DNA from: a virus
Taxonomy: Duplodnaviria > Caudoviricetes
Length of the DNA: 51,986 nucleotides
IMG/VR virus record: IMGVR_UViG_3300036766_001779
Location: 1-51,986 of that record
Reading direction: 5' to 3' (one strand)
In this document: positions 10,327-19,774 of the stretch, one piece after another
How the letters are laid out: each line of letters starts with the position of its first letter
How positions within the stretch are numbered: position 1 is the first letter of the stretch
Translations under genes and position numbers: made by a program
The notes under the pieces: model-generated
What the model saw: the letters and a program-made list of their open reading frames with translations, nothing else
Databases searched by the model: none
Told to the model about the DNA's origin: nothing

Positions 10327-10794
10327 TTGCCGTACGTAGCAATAACATCGTATGCCGACGAGACTTATGCAAATGCATACATGGCCGAGACAGCAAGTCC
10401 GGGCGCAGTTGAATGGGCCGCTCTTTCCTCAGCAGACAAACAGAAGTACTTAAAATCCGCAACTCGTATGATTGACCGCGTTCTGTACGTGGGAGAAAAA
10501 AGCGTCGACACACAAGCGCGAGAATTTCCACGTGGCGGCGATACAGCGATTCCGGATGAAGTACTTCAAGCCTGCTGCGAAATCGCTCTTCAATTATCGC
10601 GTGGAATTACATTGGAATCGTTGGCCGAAGAATCAAAGCATACTGCAGAGTCCACAGGTCAAGCCTCCGTTTCATTCTCCGATTCACTCAACGCATTTCG
10701 TTTAACCCGCGGCGCATATAACTCAATGGAAGCATTGAACATTTTGTCGCCGTGGATAATGGACCCGAATACAACTCTAATTGAACGTGCTTAA
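10327..10794 (+). CDS. Head-tail adaptor (DnaT-like family)
   Basis: TTG start after GGAGA; SYADETYANAY...ATRMID...QAREFPR...IPDEVLQACCEIAL. Confidence 0.7.
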   Translation: MPYVAITSYADETYANAYMAETASPGAVEWAALSSADKQKYLKSATRMIDRVLYVGEKSVDTQAREFPRGGDTAIPDEVLQACCEIALQLSRGITLESLAEESKHTAESTGQASVSFSDSLNAFRLTRGAYNSMEALNILSPWIMDPNTTLIERA

Positions 10795-10869
10795 TTCCCG
10801 CTACTGCGGCGGGCATTCCGCAGGCTTTCGTTTTACCAGAGACGTAATTCTGGGGAAAGAGGTGCAACA

Positions 10870-11733
10870 ATGAAGTGGTACAACGCATTAGCTCTCGGCT
10901 TGAATCCGAATCCGTTTGTGTGCTCCGTTGAAGGTGCGCTTGCGGGAGATTCGACTGGTGGCGGCTCGGGCAAAACCGTGACGCCTGCAAGTGCAAACGC
11001 AGCTACAGCGGGCGATGACGATTTGGGTGACGATGCCGCATCGACTTCAAAAGGAGACAAAAATCGAACGTTTTCGCAGGACGAAGTCAGTCGTATTGTG
11101 GCTGAAGAACGGCGCAAGCTCAAAGGAGAAATTCGTACGCGGCTCACCGAACTCGAGCGTCTGCAGAAGTCTGCGCACGAATCCGAAGAACAACGCGCAG
11201 AGTTGACGACTCAACTCGATAAGCTCAACACTGAACTGATGTCCGTCGAAGAACGTCGGAAAAAAGAATCGGAGCTCGAGCGGGCGAAGGCAAAAGAAGA
11301 AATTGATAAGCACACAAAGTCAGCCCAAATGTGGGAAGGCAAGTTCAAGTCGAAGATGATAAACGAAGCGGTCATTCGGGCCGTCGAGCCGTTTGCACAC
11401 GTGCCGAGCCATTTCTTGCCGTTAATTGCTCCGGATGCTGTGCTGGACGAAGTGATGGACAAAGATGGCAAACCGACTGGGGAATACTCGGTCAAGGTCA
11501 AAGCTATTGAAACTATCAATGGCCAGCCACATCAAGTGCTGCTTCCGATTGAGGAGTTCGTCAAGCACCTCAGAGAGAATAAAGACTACGAGTACATGTT
11601 CCGGTCCAAGCGGGCTGGTGGAACTGGCGCGGGTGTACCGGCCGGCAGTCCGTCTGGACGTTCTCCCGAAGGAATGTCCCGACAGGAGAAAATCGCAGAA
11701 GGACTACGACAGCAGAAGCTGGCACAACAGTAA
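10870..11733 (+). CDS. Capsid scaffolding protein
   Basis: TFSQDEVSRIV motif, long coiled coil, G-rich tail; lies before the major capsid gene. Confidence 0.85.
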   Translation: MKWYNALALGLNPNPFVCSVEGALAGDSTGGGSGKTVTPASANAATAGDDDLGDDAASTSKGDKNRTFSQDEVSRIVAEERRKLKGEIRTRLTELERLQKSAHESEEQRAELTTQLDKLNTELMSVEERRKKESELERAKAKEEIDKHTKSAQMWEGKFKSKMINEAVIRAVEPFAHVPSHFLPLIAPDAVLDEVMDKDGKPTGEYSVKVKAIETINGQPHQVLLPIEEFVKHLRENKDYEYMFRSKRAGGTGAGVPAGSPSGRSPEGMSRQEKIAEGLRQQKLAQQ

Positions 11734-11773
11734 CGATGCTACGCTCTGCTGCACAGTTTAAGGAGTTCTCACA

Positions 11774-12691
11774 ATGGCGTTACTTCTCGCCGAAGCAGAA
11801 AAGTTGTCCAACAACTGGCTAATTGCGTCTATCATCGAAGAAATCATCACGATTGACGAAGTTTTTGCTCGGCTGCCCTTCGTGGGCTTTACCGGCAAGA
11901 CCTACACGTTCAACCGTGAAAAAACCCTGCCGACTGCGGCGTTCAAGCTGCCCAACGCAGTCCTGACCGAAACGGCCGGCACGTTCGATGAAATCGACGT
12001 CAAGCTCAAAGCCATTCTGGACGACGTCCAAGTGGACAGCTTTATCGAGACTCAGTTGAGTGACTTGGGCTCACAAGCGGCCAAGCAAGTCCAGCTGGCG
12101 TCCAAAGCTGTCGGCAGAGCGTTCTCTGACAAGTTCATTAACGGCGACCAAGACAACAACTTGGGCGGTGGTGCGAAACCGGAAGAATTCAACGGCCTCC
12201 GGTCGTTGTTGGCTTCCGCGGCCTTTGCCGCTCAGATTGCCACAACCACCGGCGCCCTCTCGTTCGCCATGTTGGACGAGCTGGTCGACATCTGCAAGAA
12301 GAACATGAATCGTGCATTCCTGATGCACAGCCGCACAATTCGTTCGTTCTACGAACTGTGCCGCAACTTGGGTGGTACCGACCCCGTTCACATCACCGTG
12401 CCCGGAATTACCGGACCCGTTCCGACGTATCGTGGCATTCCGATACTCAAGAACGAGTACATTCCCATCAATTTGGGCCAAGCCGGCACACTGACGCAGC
12501 TTTTCTGCGCGTCATTCGACGAAGATGAAGGCGTCCACGGCCTTATGCCGCGCACAAACGCCGGAATCGTGGTCGAAGAGGTGGGCATTGTGGAAGGTGC
12601 GGACGCTCGTCGTTATCGCGTAAAGTGGTACGCGAGCGCAACGGCCAAGTCCACGAAGTCGGTCTCAGTCGCGAACAGCGTCACGAACTAG
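11774..12691 (+). CDS. Major capsid protein (HK97 fold inferred)
   Basis: 305 aa; LPF...YTFNRE, FINGD...EFNGLR, YRGIPI; strong codon bias; AAGGAG RBS; followed by a terminator. Confidence 0.9.
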   Translation: MALLLAEAEKLSNNWLIASIIEEIITIDEVFARLPFVGFTGKTYTFNREKTLPTAAFKLPNAVLTETAGTFDEIDVKLKAILDDVQVDSFIETQLSDLGSQAAKQVQLASKAVGRAFSDKFINGDQDNNLGGGAKPEEFNGLRSLLASAAFAAQIATTTGALSFAMLDELVDICKKNMNRAFLMHSRTIRSFYELCRNLGGTDPVHITVPGITGPVPTYRGIPILKNEYIPINLGQAGTLTQLFCASFDEDEGVHGLMPRTNAGIVVEEVGIVEGADARRYRVKWYASATAKSTKSVSVANSVTN

Positions 12692-12703
12692 GGCAACTTA
12701 CGG

Positions 12704-12744
12704 ATGGGCGCCTCCATTTACTTGGGGGCGCTCATTCTTTTTTT
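12704..12744 (+). terminator. Rho-independent terminator after the capsid gene
   Basis: atgggcgcctcca-loop-tgggggcgctcat followed by a T-run. Confidence 0.8.
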
Positions 12745-12768
12745 GTCCATTTAAAAGGAGTTAGTTCG

Positions 12769-13146
12769 ATGGCGTTGATAAAAGAACCTTATGAAATTCT
12801 GCATCTGAATTTGCCCGTCACAGTACGAGTGACATTGACAAGATGGGTGCAGTATAACGGCGGTCTTCGTGGTTACATCTTCAAAAACAGTGTTGCCGAA
12901 CGTACGGTGACAACCAAGTTTCAGCTGATGGACCTAAAGCGGCTGATGATTGTTTCCGGCCAGTGCAAAGTCGAAATTCTCGACGATAAAGTGATTGAAC
13001 AGCCAGAAATCGAAGAGCCCGAAGAGCTGTTGACATCAGCGGAGCCGGAAGTTGTTGAAGAGCCAAAGCACGACACAGCTGTTTTAGAACGTGTGGAAAC
13101 GCCAAAAGCCGAAGAAGTGAACGCAAAGCGCAAAAAACGCAAATAA
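12769..13146 (+). CDS. Hypothetical virion-module protein
   Basis: ATG after AAGGAG; E-rich C-terminus. Confidence 0.6.
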   Translation: MALIKEPYEILHLNLPVTVRVTLTRWVQYNGGLRGYIFKNSVAERTVTTKFQLMDLKRLMIVSGQCKVEILDDKVIEQPEIEEPEELLTSAEPEVVEEPKHDTAVLERVETPKAEEVNAKRKKRK

Positions 13147-13488
13147 ATGTTTACTATTCGGCAACCTCACACAGTTGTGCTACGACGGCCCGTTAAGTCC
13201 GTTGACCCGAGCACAAACGAAACTAAGCTCGAGTATGCCTCTGCTGTTCTCCGAAATGTATCCTGCTACGTACAGTTCAACTCCGTAACACAAATGCTTG
13301 AACTTAACGGTCGACAAATTGAATTAGTGGGGCAGCTGTTCACAACGGATACAAACGTGTTGGAACTGGATATGATTACGTACGACAGCAAAAAGTTCCG
13401 CATTGAAAGTGTCGTGAAATACAACGACTATAAAGGCACATTCAATCATTTAATTGCGGAATTCAGTCGTATGCAGGCGGAGGAATAA
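13147..13488 (+). CDS. Putative head-closure protein
   Basis: Size, beta-rich pattern and position. Confidence 0.55.
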   Translation: MFTIRQPHTVVLRRPVKSVDPSTNETKLEYASAVLRNVSCYVQFNSVTQMLELNGRQIELVGQLFTTDTNVLELDMITYDSKKFRIESVVKYNDYKGTFNHLIAEFSRMQAEE

Positions 13489-13489
13489 T

Positions 13490-13906
13490 ATGCCAATTCG
13501 TGGACCGTTTGAATATACTTATGACCGTATTCTTGCGGTTCTGTCCGCCGACGCTCAACTTCTCGCTCTTGTTCCAAAAACGAATATGACTCCTACATAC
13601 GACAAGGCCGAGAAGAAAGGTCACAACGCTATCACTTACGGTTGGCCGTCTCGCAGCTATAATCCGAAGACACGTAAAGGCACTGGTACGTTGATATTCT
13701 ATATCGGTGCTGTGGACTCAAAAACTGTTGCAAACACAATTTACGGCCATTTGATTCGGCTGTTGACAGCCAAAAACTTATCGGATACGAACTTGAAAGT
13801 CGCTCGCATTACGGAAACAAGTGACTCGTCCGATGAAAATGTGGACAGAGAAGACCGCAACGTCGTGCAGCTAAAATACGATGTGCGGCTAGTGTACTTG
13901 GAGTAA
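13490..13906 (+). CDS. Putative tail terminator/completion protein
   Basis: ILAVLSADAQLLALV N-terminus; size and position. Confidence 0.5.
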   Translation: MPIRGPFEYTYDRILAVLSADAQLLALVPKTNMTPTYDKAEKKGHNAITYGWPSRSYNPKTRKGTGTLIFYIGAVDSKTVANTIYGHLIRLLTAKNLSDTNLKVARITETSDSSDENVDREDRNVVQLKYDVRLVYLE

Positions 13907-13910
13907 GCCA

Positions 13911-14342
13911 ATGGGCGGACGAAAAACAGTTTTTTCCTTTTATAAGTCCGTGCATCATCCGGGCACGAAACCGAATCCTTATACGAAAGAAATTCGTGAG
14001 CAGGTGCCGAGCATGCTGAAACAAGCTCTTACAAACGCTCTGATGCGAACGCCAGCTGCTACACGAGAGAAGATGGCAGTTATTGTTAATAAAGTCGTGC
14101 GAGAAGTTGGCTTTTTAGCACTGGCAAAAATTAAAAAGGCCTGTCCTGTGGGCTCGTATCGTGGTGGCCTTTTACGAAATAGTTGGAACGTCGTGAATGA
14201 AACAGCGTTCTCAATGACGTTGGGCACAAACGTGGCTTATGCCCGATATGTCGAAGAAGGAACACGGCCACATATCATTCGTGCTCGTCGGGCAAAAGCG
14301 TTGTTAATCCGACGAGAAAAAGTTACAAGAAGAAGGAGATAA
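13911..14342 (+). CDS. HK97 gp10-like neck protein
   Basis: KKACPVG...GLLRNSW...GTNVAYARYVEEGT. Confidence 0.85.
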   Translation: MGGRKTVFSFYKSVHHPGTKPNPYTKEIREQVPSMLKQALTNALMRTPAATREKMAVIVNKVVREVGFLALAKIKKACPVGSYRGGLLRNSWNVVNETAFSMTLGTNVAYARYVEEGTRPHIIRARRAKALLIRREKVTRRRR

Positions 14343-14348
14343 ATCGTC

Positions 14349-14690
14349 ATGGAAAACGTCGAACTTTTGCCGTCTGCAGCACGAGCGGGTGCGGGTGTTG
14401 GAACTGTGAAAAACAACGCTCGTTACTCGAATTCTGTGTTGATACTGGCCGTTTCTGCTATTGACCCTGCTGCAAAGATTTCTGTCTGGCTAGAGCAAGG
14501 TAATGTGGCCGGTGAGATGGCTGACACTGCCGAAATTCTCGACGTCGATGCAACCGATGTTGCAGCGACACCAGCCTTTATCGCGTCCTGCACAGAGCCC
14601 TTGATGGAAAAAATCGCAGCTCGTTGGGCCGTCGTTGGAGGCAACGCAACATTCAAGGTGTACGTGGTTTACTTGCCGTCTCGAGCGTAA
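14349..14690 (+). CDS. Small beta-rich virion protein
   Basis: AAGGAG RBS; V/A-rich; in the structural module. Confidence 0.55.
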   Translation: MENVELLPSAARAGAGVGTVKNNARYSNSVLILAVSAIDPAAKISVWLEQGNVAGEMADTAEILDVDATDVAATPAFIASCTEPLMEKIAARWAVVGGNATFKVYVVYLPSRA

Positions 14691-14726
14691 TCACGACTGA
14701 TTGACGAAAAACAAAGGAGTTCTTTC

Positions 14727-17108
14727 ATGGTTGCCATAAACAGTTATCCGAAAGTGCAAGGCGTTGACCCTCACAACAAAGGCTGGTTTGTCGATAATGC
14801 AGCTTTGATTGCTGCATATCCTATCGGCAGCGACGGCGACTACGCTATTGTTGGCTCGACTGACACCGTTTGGGTGTGGGATTCAACAACAGTTGCTTGG
14901 GTGGACACAGCTTCAGCTGGGCTTGTTTCCTCTGTTTTCACTCGTACGGGCGACATCCACGCACAAAGTGGCGACTATGCAGCGTCGTTAGTCAGCAATG
15001 ACAGTGTAATTCCAGGCTCTTCTGTGAAGGATGCCTTGAATAACTGCAACACATTGCTAAGTATATATCAAGAAATTTATGTCGACCCTGACTGGACTGC
15101 AGGGGACATTGCCGGATTTGTTTATTCAACATTGGATGCTGCAATTGCGTATGTCAACGCTCATCCAACGACGATGTACACAATTCGTCTCGCACCAAAA
15201 ACTCTCACACTCACAAAAACTCATCGTCTTGAAGTGTCCTGTCGCATTATTGGAGCCGGACCTAATCAAACTAAGATAATTGTTAATTTCGCTGGAGCAG
15301 GCCCGTGGTCTATCAATGTGGCAGGTGTAAAAGTAGGCCTTTGCTGGGCTGGCACTCCTGTTGCAAGCGTAATTCAGCGTATTATTGTGAACAGAATGGA
15401 AGTCTCAAATCTATCCATTATTATGACTGGAGACAATGGCAGTCAAGAAGCTCTTACAGTAAAGTTTTCGCCTGACTCAGCAATGGACTACACTCTGCAG
15501 AATCTTAGAGTGTATCGCAGGAAGTCCAACGCAGGAAGTATATATCAGATTTGGGCAGTGAATTTTGAAGGGTCAAACATGGCTGCGCCGTCCCTTCCAA
15601 GTTCTCCGCGTGTGCGACTGCTCGATGTACTTATTACAGGAGAAGAAGTTTCGCCCATTCTTATCAGAACTACTGCATCATCTGCTGTTGTTACTACAGT
15701 TGCTTCCGGATTCGATTTCAACGATTATTTGTCAGCAGGTTCACGTATAAAAATTGAATCTGTGGTCTATGTTGTTCAAGCTGTTAATTCTGCAACACAG
15801 ATAACGTTGACTGCAACAGTTCCAACAACTTACACAGATGTTGGATGCCAGTTTATTAACTTTATAAACAACGGCATCAACTTATATCTATTTCGTTCGA
15901 CATCGCCATCAATGATACGTTCTGCTGTTATTGCAGACAATTTGAAGATAGAGTGGACATATAATAAAGCAATGTCGTTAACTGGTGGAGACTGGAGCAG
16001 TTTCAAAAAATTCACTCTTCGCTCTTGCGGCTGCAACAACATTGTGGCAGGTGCAGACAGTTTAGTTGTTTTGTCCTACTCGCCTGGTGTTCGATTTGAA
16101 GGCGTGTACATTCTACGAGATTATCAGCTTTCAATAGCGAACGGCAAATGGGACATTTTCGATTTCAGCAACAGCGGCACTGATGCATGTGTTCCAACTA
16201 TTCAAGGTCTTCGAGTTGAATACAACGATATTGCCATATCCAGCTACTACAATTTTATGCGCCTTTCAGGAAACGGTGTAAAGCTAGTGGACATTAGCAT
16301 ACATACTTACATCCTCGCCAATGCACTTCTTCGTGTTTTAAGTGCTTGTCAGAACATCTGGCTGGAACGAGTTTTCACAGGAAGCGCTCTCGTGCGAGTT
16401 GTTGAAAATGCTGGGTCGCCCAGCAAATATCTTCTGCACGATATGACAGTGCTAAATTGCAGTTTTTCTGCAGGCCGTTTTGAACACAACGGCAACAATC
16501 TCATTGTAAAAAGCTCGAAATTCACAGGCGGATTTACAACAGACCAGTACTACAGTCAGAATTGCAAAATTGAGAACAACGAAATAGTGTCCACAGCTTC
16601 TGGATATGTTGCAATTTGGCTCGGAACTGGCTCGTTGTTTCGCGAGAATAAAATCGACATGCAAAATGCAGATTTTATTTCTGTTGTCGCATCAAGTGTT
16701 GCAGCAATTCTTTCAAATATCATCAGATTAGTTGGAGGCTGGACAGCCGGTCAATCCAAAATCATACTAAATGACAATTCGAAGTTCTGTAACAACACAA
16801 TTGACGCAGGCGGATTTGCAGTTACAGGACCAACAGATTTAATTTACGTTCTTTCGCTCTGCAGTATCGTGGGCAATCTCATAAACAACATCAACGACAA
16901 CGCCAATATTCGAGCTATTGACTTATCGGGGGACGACAATCAAGTTGCACACAACATCATTTCTGGCGGAGTAAAGACCAACTTAACAGGAGTTCGAGCG
17001 CTTGGAAGTCGGGCTATGATTGCAATGAACACACTTCGCTGCGGTTTGGTGAAATCTGTGCAGGACTCAGGAGCCGACACACAAGACCTCTTCAACATAA
17101 AGGAATAA
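14727..17108 (+). CDS. Fibre/spike protein with right-handed beta-helix (pectin lyase-like) repeats
   Basis: N-terminal VSSVFTRTGDI.AQSGDY fibre motif; STLDAAI...IRLAP...IIGAG beta-helix cap; I/N-rich repeats (IENNEI, FCNNTI, VAHNII). Confidence 0.7.
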   Translation: MVAINSYPKVQGVDPHNKGWFVDNAALIAAYPIGSDGDYAIVGSTDTVWVWDSTTVAWVDTASAGLVSSVFTRTGDIHAQSGDYAASLVSNDSVIPGSSVKDALNNCNTLLSIYQEIYVDPDWTAGDIAGFVYSTLDAAIAYVNAHPTTMYTIRLAPKTLTLTKTHRLEVSCRIIGAGPNQTKIIVNFAGAGPWSINVAGVKVGLCWAGTPVASVIQRIIVNRMEVSNLSIIMTGDNGSQEALTVKFSPDSAMDYTLQNLRVYRRKSNAGSIYQIWAVNFEGSNMAAPSLPSSPRVRLLDVLITGEEVSPILIRTTASSAVVTTVASGFDFNDYLSAGSRIKIESVVYVVQAVNSATQITLTATVPTTYTDVGCQFINFINNGINLYLFRSTSPSMIRSAVIADNLKIEWTYNKAMSLTGGDWSSFKKFTLRSCGCNNIVAGADSLVVLSYSPGVRFEGVYILRDYQLSIANGKWDIFDFSNSGTDACVPTIQGLRVEYNDIAISSYYNFMRLSGNGVKLVDISIHTYILANALLRVLSACQNIWLERVFTGSALVRVVENAGSPSKYLLHDMTVLNCSFSAGRFEHNGNNLIVKSSKFTGGFTTDQYYSQNCKIENNEIVSTASGYVAIWLGTGSLFRENKIDMQNADFISVVASSVAAILSNIIRLVGGWTAGQSKIILNDNSKFCNNTIDAGGFAVTGPTDLIYVLSLCSIVGNLINNINDNANIRAIDLSGDDNQVAHNIISGGVKTNLTGVRALGSRAMIAMNTLRCGLVKSVQDSGADTQDLFNIKE

Positions 17109-17112
17109 AGCC

Positions 17113-17685
17113 ATGAAAAAGGACATTGTGGGCAATGGCGTATTTACTTCGCCTGTGCATTTCAAAGATGCACAAGTTCCAGCCGTAGCTGTTCGCTCTG
17201 GCGGCACGCCTCCAACATTCGAAGATTTAACGGGTCTTTCAGCAGTGCTGTACGGCGATAAATTTGCAGTTGACGATGAGATGCACATTATTGTTCAGCT
17301 GCCCCACAGTCTAAAATTGAATACAGACGTTTATCCGCATGTTCATTGGATGCCGGACGAAGCTGCAAATGACGGTGACCAAGTGAGCTGGGAACTATTT
17401 GCGACTTGGGCAAATGTTGGCACAGAATTTCTATCAGGATACAGTATGATAACTGCTGTCGGCGAGGAGTCGCTGACTGGAATACAAGCGTGGACTCATT
17501 TGAAAACACTGTTGACATCCGTTACTCCTGCAGCTAATCAAGGCGGAATTTCATCCATCATAATCGCGAGATTAAGACGAAAAGCTGCGAGCGCTCAGGA
17601 GTACGGAGGCAAAGCAGTGTATCTCGGCTTGGATTTTCACATAGAAAACGATACGGACGGCTCGCGCCAAGAATTAGTCAAATAA
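17113..17685 (+). CDS. Hypothetical virion protein
   Basis: QLPH...PHVHW motif; follows the fibre gene. Confidence 0.55.
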   Translation: MKKDIVGNGVFTSPVHFKDAQVPAVAVRSGGTPPTFEDLTGLSAVLYGDKFAVDDEMHIIVQLPHSLKLNTDVYPHVHWMPDEAANDGDQVSWELFATWANVGTEFLSGYSMITAVGEESLTGIQAWTHLKTLLTSVTPAANQGGISSIIIARLRRKAASAQEYGGKAVYLGLDFHIENDTDGSRQELVK

Positions 17686-17699
17686 AGGACTAAAAATAA

Positions 17700-17948
17700 A
17701 TGACCTGGACTTCGGACGAACAACGGCTCGTAATGGAGATACATTCTGGCGTATCTTCGATGCGTGCAGAAATAAAAAGCCTGTCCAAACGACAGGACAC
17801 CCTTGAGGAGGACCACAAAAAGCTCGTCGACAAAGTTGACAAGCCACCGAGATGGATGACAATTACTGTCGGCATTTTTGTTGGGATGGTTGGCTTGCTC
17901 GGAACGCTTTTGGGCATCATTCTCGGCATAAAGGCCTTAATGCCCTGA
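17700..17948 (+). CDS. Coiled-coil plus single TM protein (holin/XhlA-like)
   Basis: N-terminal coiled coil and C-terminal hydrophobic helix. Confidence 0.55.
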   Translation: MTWTSDEQRLVMEIHSGVSSMRAEIKSLSKRQDTLEEDHKKLVDKVDKPPRWMTITVGIFVGMVGLLGTLLGIILGIKALMP

Positions 17949-18067
17949 CAGCCAAACAATAATTGGCGTGTTGCCGATTTCGTTTTGGACTTTCAGTTGC
18001 GAAACGTTGATAGTTTGTTTTCGACCACTTCTGCAGACGTGGCATTTGTTTAAAAGGAGTCAATTTC

Positions 18068-18901
18068 ATGGGTACGTATCCAGAGTCACCTGACCCGAGA
18101 AACTACACGATAGGCGGGAATCGTGTGGACTTCTCTGAACTGCTCGACCCCGACACCACACCGAAGAAGTATTCCGGTTTCTTCTCGCTGGGCAATATCG
18201 TTGACAGCGCCTTTGCGCAGGCAATTGAAGAGCTGGAACACTACACGGCCAAGACGGGCACAAGCACCCTTGACCGCAAGCTCACAAAGTCCATCAAGCC
18301 GACCGTTACGTTGACGATGGATGAGCCGAACGTTCCGAATCTTCGCTACGTGTTTCGCACGGACGAGGAAACGGTCGTACCGGGTGCGGTGGCTGCCGGC
18401 CCGATTACGGGCGAAACGGCAAAGCTCAAAGGCACGGAAGTCCGTGCCCTGAAGCAGGGTTTCAATCACTCGTCTATCGTCGTAAAGGATTTCACCGGCG
18501 TCACCACGTATATCCTTAACACGGATTACGAGATTGTGGACTTCCTTTTGATGACCGGTGGCAAAACCCTCAAGGGCATCAAACGCAAAGGCGCGGGGAT
18601 TGGAGACGGCGACGTCGTTCAGATTGAGTACAAATACGACGTGCTGGCTCACAAACTCATCAAGCCCACATCCAACACAGAAATCAAGGGCATGGTACGG
18701 CTCTTCGGCGTGTCCGACACCGGCAACGAGTTCATCTATCGTATTGACAACGCACAAATCACCCCGAACGGTGATTTCACGTTCAACAAGGACGATTGGA
18801 GCACGTTCCAGCTGGTGATTAACGTGCTGGACAACTCGGAAAATGCGCCGAGTTCTCCGTTCGGAGAATTCGAGCACTACGGAATCGGGACCGACTTCTA
18901 A
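18068..18901 (+). CDS. Major tail tube protein
   Basis: 277 aa with highly expressed codon bias; precedes chaperones and tape measure; followed by a terminator. Confidence 0.85.
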   Translation: MGTYPESPDPRNYTIGGNRVDFSELLDPDTTPKKYSGFFSLGNIVDSAFAQAIEELEHYTAKTGTSTLDRKLTKSIKPTVTLTMDEPNVPNLRYVFRTDEETVVPGAVAAGPITGETAKLKGTEVRALKQGFNHSSIVVKDFTGVTTYILNTDYEIVDFLLMTGGKTLKGIKRKGAGIGDGDVVQIEYKYDVLAHKLIKPTSNTEIKGMVRLFGVSDTGNEFIYRIDNAQITPNGDFTFNKDDWSTFQLVINVLDNSENAPSSPFGEFEHYGIGTDF

Positions 18902-18920
18902 ACGTCGGTCGCCCGCAAAT

Positions 18921-18963
18921 AAAAAGTGCAGCGGCCGACAGGTCTCTGCACTTTTTTTTCTTT
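18921..18963 (+). terminator. Rho-independent terminator after the tail tube gene
   Basis: aaaaagtgcag...ctgcactttttttt. Confidence 0.75.
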
Positions 18964-18986
18964 CATTTCAATAGGGGGAAACAATC

Positions 18987-19466
18987 GTGGACAAACTGGA
19001 ACAGGCACAGCAAGAAAAGTGGATTGAAATTTACGTCGCAGGAGTAACAAATCCAAACCGCGAAGACGGCAAATTTCGTATCCGTAAATGGACTTTTCGG
19101 CATCAAAGACGCTTCGGACCCGGCCTAATTCGCTTGGCTCAGGACTTTTTCAAGCAAGTCGATACTCTGGACGCCAAGCAGCTCTTCAAGGACTTTGAAC
19201 ATATTAAGTCCTTCAAGGACCTTGAAGCGATGAAGGTGAACTGGGGCGACTTGTTCGAGAAGCACGCCGACTTTATGAACGACGTGATTACGTACGCCCT
19301 AATGCCCAACTTCGGCGACGACCTGAACAAAACTCAAGCGTGGGTCGATGAGAACATCGACTTCTTCGAAAAGAAGAACGCCATCACGCTGATAAAAGAC
19401 ATCATTCTGCTGCAGTTTGGGCACGCACCAAAAAAAGAACTCGCACCTCAGCCGGCCGTGCAGTAG
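18987..19466 (+). CDS. Tail assembly chaperone (G-like)
   Basis: Between tail tube and tape measure; slippery A-run near its 3' end. Confidence 0.75.
   Translation: MDKLEQAQQEKWIEIYVAGVTNPNREDGKFRIRKWTFRHQRRFGPGLIRLAQDFFKQVDTLDAKQLFKDFEHIKSFKDLEAMKVNWGDLFEKHADFMNDVITYALMPNFGDDLNKTQAWVDENIDFFEKKNAITLIKDIILLQFGHAPKKELAPQPAVQ
19430..19437 (+). other. Programmed -1 ribosomal frameshift site (A AAA AAA G)
   Basis: In-frame CCA AAA AAA GAA. The -1 frame (AGA ACT CGC...GAA ATG) runs without a stop into ORF 19469..19774. Confidence 0.8.
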
Positions 19467-19468
19467 AA

Positions 19469-19774
19469 ATGGCTGAGGTGGTCAACGTACTTTTGAGTCA
19501 CGGCCATCGTTATGAGGATGTGTTTGACGAGTACACGATGGATGAAATTCGAATACTGTACGAATCCATTCAAGTGCTCGAAATGCGGCAGCTGAAAATG
19601 AGCTCGATTTCGCAGTTCAATGCTGCAAGAGGAACTGGCAAGGGCTTCAAGGAATACTTGCAGAGATTGGATGAAATTATCGAGCAGGCGTCCCGTACGG
19701 ACAACGAAAAGAAAACAGTTGGAGGCCGATTGTTCGCACAATTACTCCAGCTATCGAAGGCAGGACAACAATGA
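19469..19774 (+). CDS. Tail assembly chaperone T part (GT frameshift product)
   Basis: -1 frame relative to the upstream chaperone; overlaps the tape measure start. Confidence 0.75.
   Translation: MAEVVNVLLSHGHRYEDVFDEYTMDEIRILYESIQVLEMRQLKMSSISQFNAARGTGKGFKEYLQRLDEIIEQASRTDNEKKTVGGRLFAQLLQLSKAGQQ

Noticed and set aside
18086-18877. 263-aa antisense ORF
   Set aside because: Mirror frame of the codon-biased tail tube gene.
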